From Utricularia gibba (Eukaryota > Plantae > Magnoliophyta), in NCBI GenBank assembly GCA_002189035.1, contig NEEC01000007.1:1674001-1738000 (forward strand): DNA of 64,000 nt, given 5' to 3'. Below are positions 35,166 to 46,572 of this stretch, piece by piece. The translations under genes and the position numbers were made by a program. The number at the start of each line of letters is the position of its first letter. The first letter of the stretch is position 1. The notes below the pieces were generated by a model that had not been told where the DNA came from, did not search any database, and was given only the letters and a program-made list of their open reading frames with translations.

Positions 35166-36861
35166 GTGACATCCACCTCACCCTCCCTTCTTCCATCAAA
35201 GGTGATTGGGCAACTCATCCACCCTCTTGTTAAACTTTATTTTAGACAAAGCTTTATTCCCAACATTTTTCCGCATCAAACCATCTTTTCCCTGTTTTAA
35301 CTTCCCATCTTTGTACAGACAGCATTGCTGCTTTTGTGACGGGGAAGCTGCTTGAGTGGATTATACTTTTCCCTGTGGCTCCAAGAATCATCCTGTTCCT
35401 TTCAGGTTACTTGATTTCATTTCACTAGCACTCTGTTAGTCTTTTCAGCTTTAGTTGGTCCAAGGAGCTTAATGGAGCTCATCCATCATGTCTTTAGAAC
35501 CTTGGTGCATGTTCTGTATCCCCTGTTCTGAGTTGCTACTTTCGCTAGTATTCGAGTCAACTCTGCTGCAAACACAAACAATCCCACTTCTCCCCCTCAA
35601 GCTAATTCACAGATTAAGACCAGATTTGAGCCCAATTAAACCAGTGGGCAACCAGAGACTCTGATTGCTTCCCTTCACCCCCTCCCCTTTCCATTCTTAA
35701 TTCTGGAACCAGTGGAGTAGTAGTGCGTGTACTTTGTGGTCATCATCAAGAACCCCAGTGGTCCCCCTGCTCTGCAAATCTGCTGGTGTTAGGTGATGAT
35801 GTGATGAGAAGCTCTCTTTGCTGAATTCTCAACTCCTTGATGGACAATGAATTGCAGGGAAGCAGAGAGTCAGGGGCCTGCCTGCCTGCCTACCAGCCCC
35901 CCTCCCTCTTCCTCTTGCACACCAAACTCCCTCCACTTTTTCCCATTCCCACTGAAGCTCGGAAGCGTAAAGGGGATTCGTCATAGGTAGTTTTTGATCG
36001 ATCATATGAATACATAAAAGGGACATGGAGAAAGGGAGAGAAAAGTGGTCCTCTGAAGCGGCAGGAAAACACAGAGGCGATGACTTTTAAAAACGATTAA
36101 AAAAAACAAAAAAATCGGATTCTTTTTTAAGTCAACACGTGTAAGAAGGGTTAATATGGGCCGAAGCCCGTTACGGTGCTGGCGAGGCCCGTTACTCGGG
36201 ATGGGCTGATAGGTATAAAAGGCTAATTCTTGAATATTGTTAACGTCGTCCCTGAACTGTGTGGTAATTGTTTTTAGACCCCTAACATTGGGGATACGAG
36301 AGTTTGTTGTTTATGGATTTGGCCTCGGAAGTTCTGAATAATTGTTTTTTTGACTTAGACAAGACGTCGCAAAATCCATTCCCGAAAATTCCAACCAGCT
36401 TCAATCAGTTTAGGACAGAGAGCGACAGAGGGTGCTGAGAGCTGTCAACCCTAATTCTCGCTTCTTTTATCCTCGCCTTTCAGAGCTTATGTGTTGTACT
36501 GTTTACATAAAGGAAGAATATGCTGGGAAGAGAAAAGGGCGTCTTGTTCCTCAAACTTTTCTGATGACTTTTCTTCAATCTGGTTTCTGCTTGCCGTGTT
36601 TGCGTGTTTTTCTTTTGATATGCTTTTGATTGGAAGATATTGACTTTTTTGGTTATGATAAATGAAAGTAAGCGATATTTGGTATCTGGGTTGTGGCTGA
36701 TGAATTCTTAGAAGCTGGATCCTCAGAACAATTTGCACCAAGGCCAAAACCAGTTTCTCACCGGAGAAGACGGCCGAGAGACGCTGTCTCCGCCGAAGAA
36801 AAGGGCGTATTACATATCTCCTCCTCTGGCCACTGCTGAATATGCAAAACTGCGACAAAAT

Positions 36862-38100
36862 ATGGGGGAAAGTAGCAACCACCGGGCAGCGCCGCCGCCT
36901 TCGCGGTTAGGTCCGAGAAGCGAAATTGTTGAAGTACAGGGCGGCCACGTTGTGAGGTCAACCGGAAGAAAGGACCGCCACAGCAAAGTATGTACTGCGA
37001 AAGGCCCCAGAGACCGCCGGGTGCGTCTCGCGGCTCACACGGCGATTCAATTCTACGATGTTCAAGACCGGCTTGGATACGACCGCCCTAGTAAAGCTGT
37101 AGATTGGCTTATCAAGAAGGCGAAAACTGCAATTGATGAGCTCGCGCAGCTGCCTCCTTGGCACCCCCTGCCGCAAAATGTGAACTTTGAGCAAGATGAA
37201 GTGCAGAAGAAGTGTGAAGAGGAGCAGCAGCAGCAAGTAAAATTAGGCGTCCATCATGGGGAACCGGTGATTTCTGCGGCGTCGAGTAAAAGGCCGATGA
37301 TAATGCTTGGAGGTGATAATGAGTTGCACAATAATCCCAGTTCACAGAATTCAGGCTTTCTGCCTTCATCTTTTGATTCTGACGCCATTGCTGATACTAT
37401 GAAGTCTTTTATTCCAATGGGTGCTTCGGCGCAAGCTAGTTCATCACCTATGCAGTTTCATAGATTCCCCACCTCAGATTTGCTGTCAGGGAACAGCGGT
37501 AACAGCCAGGATTTGAGGCTTTCTCTGCAGTCATTTCAAGATCCAATTTTGCTTCACCATCAGGCTCCAGAACAACCTCACCAACAAGGCCAATCCCTTT
37601 TGGGTTTCGATGGGACGCCAAACTGGTTAGAGCACCATCCACAGGCAGCCGCAGCGGCGGAGCTCAGCAGATTCCAGCGATTAATAGCTTGGAATCCTGG
37701 CGGTGGAGACTCAAACAATGGAAATGGGGGAGCAGCTGCAGGTTTTCTGTTCAGTTCACAGCAGCCAACTTTGCAGCAGCTTTTCGGCCATGCCCATTTT
37801 TCTTCACAGAGGGGACCCCTTCAGTCCAGTAACACACCTTCAATTCGTGCTTGGATGGACCCGTCAGGCGTAGCAGCAGCCATTGCTTCATCTGATCCTA
37901 GCCCACAACAACAGCAACACCACCAACTTCTCCCTACCGTTGTTCCCATTTATCCATCTTCAATGCAAGGCATTGGATTTGCATCTGGAGCTGGTGGCTT
38001 CGCTGGATTTCCAATTCCTACACGAATTCAAGGTGATCCCGAGGAGCATGACGGCTATTCCGATAAGCCGTCATCCGTCTCCTCTGATTCTCGCCACTAA
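36862..38100 (+). CDS. TCP4: CIN-class TCP transcription factor, TCP4-like, copy 2
   Basis: Near-identical TCP domain and the same C-terminal motifs as copy 1; 412 aa from MGESS; intact ORF. Confidence 0.95.
   Translation: MGESSNHRAAPPPSRLGPRSEIVEVQGGHVVRSTGRKDRHSKVCTAKGPRDRRVRLAAHTAIQFYDVQDRLGYDRPSKAVDWLIKKAKTAIDELAQLPPWHPLPQNVNFEQDEVQKKCEEEQQQQVKLGVHHGEPVISAASSKRPMIMLGGDNELHNNPSSQNSGFLPSSFDSDAIADTMKSFIPMGASAQASSSPMQFHRFPTSDLLSGNSGNSQDLRLSLQSFQDPILLHHQAPEQPHQQGQSLLGFDGTPNWLEHHPQAAAAAELSRFQRLIAWNPGGGDSNNGNGGAAAGFLFSSQQPTLQQLFGHAHFSSQRGPLQSSNTPSIRAWMDPSGVAAAIASSDPSPQQQQHHQLLPTVVPIYPSSMQGIGFASGAGGFAGFPIPTRIQGDPEEHDGYSDKPSSVSSDSRH
37810..37829 (+). promoter_or_regulatory. miR319 target site in TCP4 copy 2
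   Basis: AGGGGACCCCTTCAGTCCAG, identical to copy 1. Confidence 0.9.
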
Positions 38101-39687
38101 GTTACATCCACCTTACCCTCTCTTCTTCCATCAAAGGTTATCGATAGAATCATACTCACTTATTAAACTTTTTTTTTATTACAATCATTTCCATATCGAC
38201 AATGTTCCTCATCAGACCTGACTTTTCCTGATTTATTTCCCTGTCTTTTTGCACACAGGATTGCTGCTTTTGGGAAGATGGAGCTGCTTGAGTGGATGCT
38301 ACTTTATTTGGTGGCACCAAGAATCATCCTTGATTGCTGTTCCTTTCAGGTTACTTGATTCCATTTGACTAGTTCTCTGGTAGTCTTTTCTTTCAGTGTT
38401 TGTTGGTCCATGGATCTCATCTGTTATGTCTTAAACATTGTTCTCTGTTTTGTTCACTTATTGATTGAACCAACTCTTCAATCAAGTGCATCTGTTTGAT
38501 TAAGACCAGAGTTTAGTCTGATTAATTCGATGGACAGTGAGAGTGTGATTGTTCCACACTTGCCTTTTTTTAATTGTTGAACCAGTGGAGCATTAGTGTA
38601 TGTACTTTGAGGTCATCATCAAGAACCCCAATGGTCCCCCTGCACTGGGAATCTCCTACTGCTAGGCGTTGTGCTGAGAAAAGCTCTCCTTGCTGATTTC
38701 CCAACTCTTCATGGGCACTGAAAGTGCATGGAAGTCATTCAGGGCCAGGCCAGGGGCCTGCCTATCAGCCATTAGACCTTCCTATGCCTTGTAGTACACA
38801 CACAACTCAGATGCTTTATTACAAAAGATTGATGAGAACAAAGCTGTCCAAAACAGATCCATATCCCCTTGAGCTTGCCTCTGAATCTGCAAGAACAGAT
38901 GAAATGGTTCTTATCAGCACTCATCAGCACCCATCCATTACACCAGACAAGTTAAAAACAGTATATACCTTTCCCATGTTTAGGTTTATTCAGTTTTTTT
39001 TGTAATAAACGAATGAGAGGATGCTATTCTATGTATCTGTTTGAGGATAGGCATTTACTTTTTCACGCATCACGCATGTGGTTCCTATTCTCAATGAGTG
39101 TGGAGGACCAGTGTTTGGATGTACGGATTGTGCATCTGTTCCAAGGCCTGACAGCAATATAAAGAAAGTTTGCTATGATAACGGGCCGTTGGGGTACCGA
39201 ATTACGGAAAACGGGTCGGATGTTGAGTTGGGCTTCCAGCTCAGGCCCATTATGTAATATAAACCCAATTTTTTTATTCTGGGCCGGTAGGTATAAAAAC
39301 CCACTTCCAACTTTTAATATTGCTCTGTAATGGCCCTCGAACTTTATGGTAATTCATTTAAGGCCCATATCACTGTTCATCTCTCTTTCCAGAATATGAA
39401 CCCTGCACCAGCTACTTTGCTCAGTTGTGATTCGATCATTCAATTCTTTTTGTGCATCTACAGAGACATGCATATGGATTTGAGTGACAACTCGTTCAAT
39501 GGATAGGTAACGAGATGAATAGGACAGAGATCGGCGGCCCTCTTGAACTGGGGCGTTTCTCCGGTGGCTGAGGAATCGCTACATGACAAAAACAAAAAAG
39601 AAGTGCCCACAAGCACGGGCAGACAGATGAAAGAAGGAAAGGAGACACCACATGACCCCAAGGCACGACCACTACGCGCATTAAAAG

Positions 39688-40803
39688 CTACTCGACCGTA
39701 CAAGCACAGTTCCCGTCGAATTCTGCGGCCAACACCGCCCCACCGGCGTCGACGTCACCGCCATGCATCTCCTTATCTTTACTCATGTTCTGATCCTCGT
39801 AGATTCTTCTCAGCCTCTCCGTCTCTTTCCTCAAAGCCTCTTGATGCGCTGCATATACAAACATACATTTCATCGCGTTGGTTGCATCTGGCATGACATG
39901 CTTAGGTGGTCGATAATGAAAAACATCGTTAGCGTATGAATACTAACCGTCCTTGAAGATCTTGTCTTGAGCCAGGGCTGCAATTCTCTGCTTGAGGGCG
40001 CTGTTGTCCATGTTCAGTAGGAGCCTCTGGTGGTCCAGAAACGCAACTCTTAGCGATAATGCAGATACCTCGCTCTTCGAATTCAAGATTCTCATGTGTT
40101 CAGAATCATTCACTGTCTATGCTGCAGTTATTCGATATGAATCAATTCAGTGTGATACCTGTAGCGTTGCTACACTCCGCTCCAACTCGGAGATGTAGTG
40201 TAGTTTCCTAACCCTTGACCTCTGTGCTGATTGCCGATTTGCCAGAATTCTGTGAATTCCGAGTGGAATATGAAAAAAGGAAGGTGCTTTAAAAGCTACA
40301 GAAAGTTGGAATTTAAGGAGTAATGCTATTACCTCTTGATCCGCTTTGGATCAACGATAGTTTCCGATGATGCATTTTCAGAAGATTTAACCCCGGTGGT
40401 ATATCCGGCGAACACTCGCGCTCTACCCGTTCATTCTTGGGCTTCACAAGTCGGGACTCCGGCGCACCCTTGTTGCCGTCGTTTTCGCTATGCTGATGCG
40501 ACGGTGAGGAGGTATCTGACGTCGACGAAGCGTTGGGCAACCCCACATCCTCGGCGAACATATTCCTAAGCTGCTCGTCGTCCAATTTCTCAAATCCACC
40601 GTCGTTCTCCGGAACCTCGACGAACGCAATGGGATCACTCACGGTGCGGCGATGGGCGCTCCGCCGCAATGCCGAGAAATCTAGGAACTCGTCGACCCAC
40701 GAGGCGGAATGCAGCAGCGTCGGCTCGGGTAGCATTTGGAGAGGAAGAGAAGGCCAAAAGTTCTGCCTCACCGCTATAGGGGCTCCCCGGGTGACTCTCC
40801 CAT
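39688..40803 (-). CDS. bZIP61: Group E bZIP transcription factor (bZIP61/bZIP34-like), 4 exons; two apparent frameshifts
   Basis: [99 protein letters not shown]. Confidence 0.85.
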
Positions 40804-41375
40804 GCCGTTAACCACTCAGCTGATCCTTCAGAAGAAGCCCAAATTTGTTCAAACAGATGCCGGAGAAGAATAAAGGATGGAGCTTTCGGGAAGAAGAAGA
40901 TAATCTGTATTAATATCAGTTACTGTCGGGGCGTGGATACAGCTCCGACCAATTGAATACAAGATAACATGGGCAACTGCTCGGAGTTTGAACATACCGC
41001 TGCAGCCTGCCTGCCTGCCTGCATCTTTTTTTTTTGTTTTAAATTATTAAAAAATTGCGATAAATATTAATGGTTATTTCATAACAACCCCGTAAAAGTG
41101 TGGTATTTCATACTTTGTTTGAACTACTCGTATTCCTATAAATTCGAATTAGGCACACAATTTCAGTTTTATTATTTTTCATGCGCATAGACCGGCGGGT
41201 CCTCGGGATCGTGCGAGTCACGTGGACAGCTGGCTTGATACTGAGAGAGAGAGACCTAACGCCGAGGCACGTATTCCTTTTCCTATCAGCATATTTTTAT
41301 TATTTTTGGCATGCAAAATATACTTAAATATATTTTTATTAAACAATTATTCAATATACAAAATATAGACGTAGG

Positions 41376-41814
41376 GTTTGGTACAACTTCAACTTCAATA
41401 AAATTACTTATAAAAGTGATTTTCGAAAAAAACACTATATTGCTTTTGTTCCACATCAAGTTGAAATAATAAAGTAATTTAATTTTTTTTGAAGATGTAA
41501 TACTTGTAATCCAATAAAAAAATAAAACAGTGTTTTGAAAAATTTTTGAAATCTATTTTTAATTTTTAAAATTATTTTAGAAAAATATTAATAAGAATTA
41601 AAAGTAACCAAATTCTTATTTTTTTAAAAAATAATTTTTATAGTATGATTTTGAAAATATTTTTGATGGAATTATTTTTACAATTTGAAGTGTTTTAAAA
41701 TAAAATTATTTTTATTTTTAAAAGTAGAAATAATTTTTAAAAATTTTACAAAACACTGATTGAATGAGTTTTAAAATCAGTTATTTAAATTTATTTTTTG
41801 GAGTTACACCAAAC
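41376..41814. mobile_element. Candidate degenerate MITE (Tourist/PIF-like GTTTGG termini)
   Basis: Left end GTTTGGTACAACT(TCAA) versus reverse complement of right end GTTTGGTGTAACT(CCAA), 14/17 match; about 440 bp with an extremely AT-rich interior; no clear TSD. Confidence 0.4.
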
Positions 41815-42330
41815 ATAACTATACCTATATACATGGCAAAACCTGCCATGTGAGTCGCAGCGGATACGCGGACCGTGTCCGCTTCATAAAGTCCCATGTG
41901 GAGAACGTTATCCAAAATTGAATGAACCAATCAGATTGTGTATCCAAGTTTGGAATGTGCCTGCTTTTCATTTTCATTTTCCTATTTATTATTATATCAA
42001 CCATAGTTTTAAATTTAAATTGAAAATATTATACCAAAATAAAACTTTGTAAAATATCATTCAATTAATCTAATTTTTCAATAATATCATATATTATAGC
42101 GAATTACTTATTGGATAGGACAAGAAAATAAAAATTAATATTATTAATTAATTTATTACATAATAATGTTTGTTTTTTATGCTCTACAAGAAGAGCATAC
42201 GATCATGTTTCAGAACAAACACCAAAATGCAGGAAACTAGACAGGTGATTAGAGGATGAAGGATTCAACTTCAAGCCTGATGATATTAGCAGATAGCGAG
42301 GTGAAGGATTTTGTTAAAGAGTTTGGAGAG

Positions 42331-43865
42331 CTAAGCAGCGTACGGTATCCTGGCAGCCATCCTGAGTGCGAGCCACGGCCTTTGTGGATCAGGGTCGATG
42401 AAGGAGTGTGCAAGGAACTCCTGAGCTTCCTCGTCCAGTAACTCCCTTGCCCATGTAGCTCGCTTCGACGAGCAGCTCCCTGGCCCGAAGCACCTGCAAT
42501 TGAGGAGACGATGAGACAGGAAGTAGGTGAAAAGGGCAGAACTTGGTTGTGAAGTTTACTTGTACTCATAGAAGCAGGCACTTCTTTCGTTCTCGGCCTT
42601 GCCCCAGTTGTCCCAGCCTTCAGGCTTCACACAAGCGTCAATATATGAATATGCATATACGACACGGCCAAAAGGACCCCATGGCCTTCCGAGGCATGTG
42701 TAGCTCCTTCCACCATTGCCAGTGATCACGCACCTGCATCAGTGAAGCGAAGTGAATAGAGGGAAAGCATTATCGTAGTCTGGAAGTGTGGTTATTTGAC
42801 CTCAAGAATATGTATCCAGTAGTTTCGTTGGAAGATTTTCTGCTCTGTGCAGTTATAAATCCATTTGATTTGCAATGGATATGGCAATGCTCCAGAAGAG
42901 CAGTGCTGTTGCCAAAGATGAAGTCCACACTTCCTTCAATGTAGCAATCCCTCAAATACTGCTTCCCATGATGCAAATACAATGTATCCTGGAAAATAGC
43001 AGTTCCATGGGTCTATAAAAAGCACATAGTAAATATACTCGTTTTTAGCCCACCACACGGGCCCGCACCACACACACAAATCATTGAAGCTCTCAACTTC
43101 AGCTACTTGAACCCTAATATATTTCTTGTATCAAGAACAGTTCGTCAACACACTCTTCTTTTCATAAAGTACACAACTCATGCCCACAATTTCATATGCA
43201 TAACCCCTTGCTATAACAACAACTAATCTGATCATGTCTTCTAGAGTATCAAAAACCACGCCACTGTGATCATGTTTCAAGGAACAGGAGTAAGGATACA
43301 AGCCACAACTCACAGACAACTGTAAAACTCAATGGGGGTTATCTTTCCACAAAATGTACCTGCCAACCAAGAAACCTACAGTTGTAAAAAGCACAACGAT
43401 CGGCAGTAACCCTGATCGCCACCGCCTGCCCAGATCCCTGCAAAACCCGGATGAAATCTCAGCATCAGCCCCACGGCCCAAACCAGAGCTTCAGCAAGAT
43501 GAATTCTTTCCTAAGAACCTGAGGAGCAGAATTCTCGAATGTGATGTTCTCAGCGATGAAATCCTCCCCTCGATAATCGTGCTGCCGCAACCAAAGGTAC
43601 CCGTCCCAATCACACGCGCCGGCTGGTGGTGTACGATGCTAGAAGCGGTGTTGTTCCATGTGAGCACGGTCACCTCTGGACTCATTCCAGCGACCGTGAT
43701 GTGGTTCTTCGTCTTCGCCACATACACCTGCTGCGAATAAACTCCGGGCGACACGCGAATCAGTGTCCGGGTAGTGTTGCCAAAGGGCACAGCGTCGATC
43801 GCCTCCTGCACGGTATGGAAATCCGCCCCGCCGTCTTTCGCCACGGTGATTACCCTGCTCGCCAT
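42331..43865 (-). CDS. PME31: Pectin methylesterase 31-like (no signal peptide or PRO region), 5 exons; one apparent frameshift
   Basis: VITVAKDG..DF.TVQEAID, GTGTFGCGS, GSGQAVAIRV, GWQDTLY, GSVDFIFG, LGRPWGPFGRVV, FYEY. Exons 43865-43519, 43437-43360, 42988-42801, 42733-42560, 42493-42331. Confidence 0.9.
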
Positions 43866-46572
43866 TTCCTGCCGCGGTGTCCAGATGTTCGAATCAATTC
43901 AGAGTCTACAAGTGCGATGCAGAGACACGCAGCTCCCAGAACCCCAAAATCAACGCTTTAGTCATAAAATCTCGCCATTACGACCACACCCCCAACGCAT
44001 TGGGTTCCTCTGAAACGGATTTTCATGTTCCCCTTTCCTGTTCTCCTGCATATTCCTCTCCGTGCCCAAGAAATCCCACAAAATCTATGCTTTCAGGTTT
44101 CAGGTTTGGGCCCACCTTCTTTCCTGATGTGCCCACCATATAACTTTCCAGCCCAAATAACGAGCCCAAGGCCCATCAGCCGCTTCCCTTCCTCCCTACG
44201 TTATTACTGTTATAACCTTCTATAGTAAATTTGCATGTTAAAACATTATCACTTGGGAAAAGGAAAAGCACAAAAATAATGTCATTTTTGGGAAAAAGCA
44301 TCTAAAAAAAGTTTGAACTTTCCACTTTGGAATGGGATGTGTCTCTTTTTTTAAAGGCCTTTGGAAAACGTTGGTTATGCATTTTTTGGCCTATTTGTCT
44401 TCTCTTGTATCATTTGGGACCTATCTTTAATTAAGAATTTCAATAATTGTACTTTTATTCCCTTTATCTCCAATGGTCTCCTCTTTCAATGCATGGGATA
44501 GAGTCGGTAGTACCCTTTTGGCCCAAATCTTGAATTCATTGATTTTTAAAACGTCATCATCGTTGATTGAATATCTCCTATAATAAATTTGACTTATTGA
44601 ATATCTTTTAATTATATTTTAAATATATTATATCATTTTTTAATAAAAAAGATAGGAAAATGACAATTTTCCGTGGACGCTCAACCGGAATGACCTGGCC
44701 GTCTATAATGAGTCGGGTGAGGTGGAAATACCTTTTTTGCCCGTACCCGATCTCATTTTCTTTAAATAAATAATAAAAAAATACATAAAAATTTCAATTG
44801 GTTGTTAAAAGGTCCATGGTGATAAATATTATTTTCTGGTTGGAATTTATTTTCTCAAATTATTTTGACATTTTATTCTCGTTTATAAATAAAAGACACA
44901 TAGAAGAGTGATGAATAGGGTATGTATTATGTATGTGTGTGTGTCGGGGTGCGGTCAAACCGTTGACCATCTCGTTACGATTTTGTGAGCTCTCCCTTTC
45001 TTTCACTCCCCCCTGTGATGTGATGAGTGGGCGGCGTGGTCCACCGGCGGCCGGTTGAGTCGCCGTCAAGTCGAGTTATTTTTCCCATCTACCGGCCGTT
45101 GTAGTGGACCCCACTGGGGAATTGATGTGGGATTGATTGCCCTCGTCCCGATCAAAATTCAGCCCAATTCCTTGCCTTTTTTTTTTCTTGGGTAACGGTA
45201 ATCGGATCCAATCCCCTGATTCTAATCACCACAAACCACAGACCTTTTTCTTGCATATCGCCGCCGGCACTCTCTCTCTCTCTCTCTCGCAGCAGCAGCA
45301 ACTGTAGCATCGGGAGTAGTAGATTTAATATGTAATGTGTGAATTATTTTACGAATTATGACTTAAAGTAAAATTAAAATTAAAATTAAATGTTTTACAC
45401 AATAACTCTACTTGTTCTAAAAATTAACTTCTACTTCTATTATATTTATTTGTAACTTATTTCAATTTTAACTATTTCAGCAACTTATCACATAATTTGA
45501 TAAAATGTTACTTATTCAATAAGTAGGTTACTTAATTTAAAATAGACTACTTCTACTTATTTGACATCTACTTGTACAATAACTTCTACTTATGAATTAA
45601 TTAGAAGATTCAGTCACACAGACTACACCCTTATACATGGATTGAAGAAGAAACCTTAATGAGACCCACCATTATCAACCGTAATCCAACTGTATCCGAC
45701 CCGACCCGACCGGGCCACCCCACCATCACCAGTACTGAAAGCAAACTAATCTCCACATGGCATCATAAAGACATGGTCTTCACAAGAAAATGCAAAGGTG
45801 GCCAGGCCAAGGTAGATTAGATTCCATGACAAATGTGATAAAAACAAAGAGTCCTTTTTTAGGGGAAGGGAATGGAATCAATCCATCGGGAAATCCTCGC
45901 CTTATTCAAAGTTCCCAGCATCCAATTCATATTCCATAGAGAAAATTAAATATTTTCATTGTATTTTTTTTTTTAGAGAGACCCAATTTGTACGGATTTT
46001 CAAGATGCCTAGGATGTCCAAGTTTGAGTGTGTATCCAGCTGCTCAAAATAAAATAACTTGCCCATTAAAAAATACAAATTTAATCACGATAAAAAAAAA
46101 AAGTGCGGGGTAGATGATGACGAAGACGATCCGATCCACTTCGGATTCCAAGAAGGGAGTGAAGCCGTGAAGGGGAAAAAGCAAGCCTTCTTTTTCAGAT
46201 TGTTGGTTGGATGGACTTGGATTCCTACCCACCATCACCTGTCCCTCATTTAATACGTCATTTTCATTAATAAAATATGACTATTTTGAAAACAAAATAG
46301 ATAGCTTAATTATTTTTATATTTATAAAATTAATAAATAACCCAGAATAATATTTTTTATTATTATTGGGTAATATTCATGTCCGTTTTAATTAATTTAA
46401 TTCTGAATTGACATATATATATTAAATGATGATGAGGTTTTATGGGCCCCACCGGCCGTGCTGTAAAATTTAAATTGTAAATAATTGTTGCGATGGAAGA
46501 AAGATATGGCTGTAGCTGGAAAGCATTGAATTCAAAACTCCCTTTCTCGTCTCGTACAAGTTGCATCTTCTG

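Larger units (their letters stand above)
33384..35897 (+). repeat. Tandem segmental duplication, copy 1 (TCP4 gene plus part of its 5' intron and 3' UTR)
   Basis: Aligns by eye to 36409-38770, from tttaggacagagagcgacagaggg to cctgccta(c/t)cagcc. Confidence 0.85.
36409..38770 (+). repeat. Tandem segmental duplication, copy 2
   Basis: Homologous to 33384-35897. Similarity stops abruptly upstream of 36409. Confidence 0.85.
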
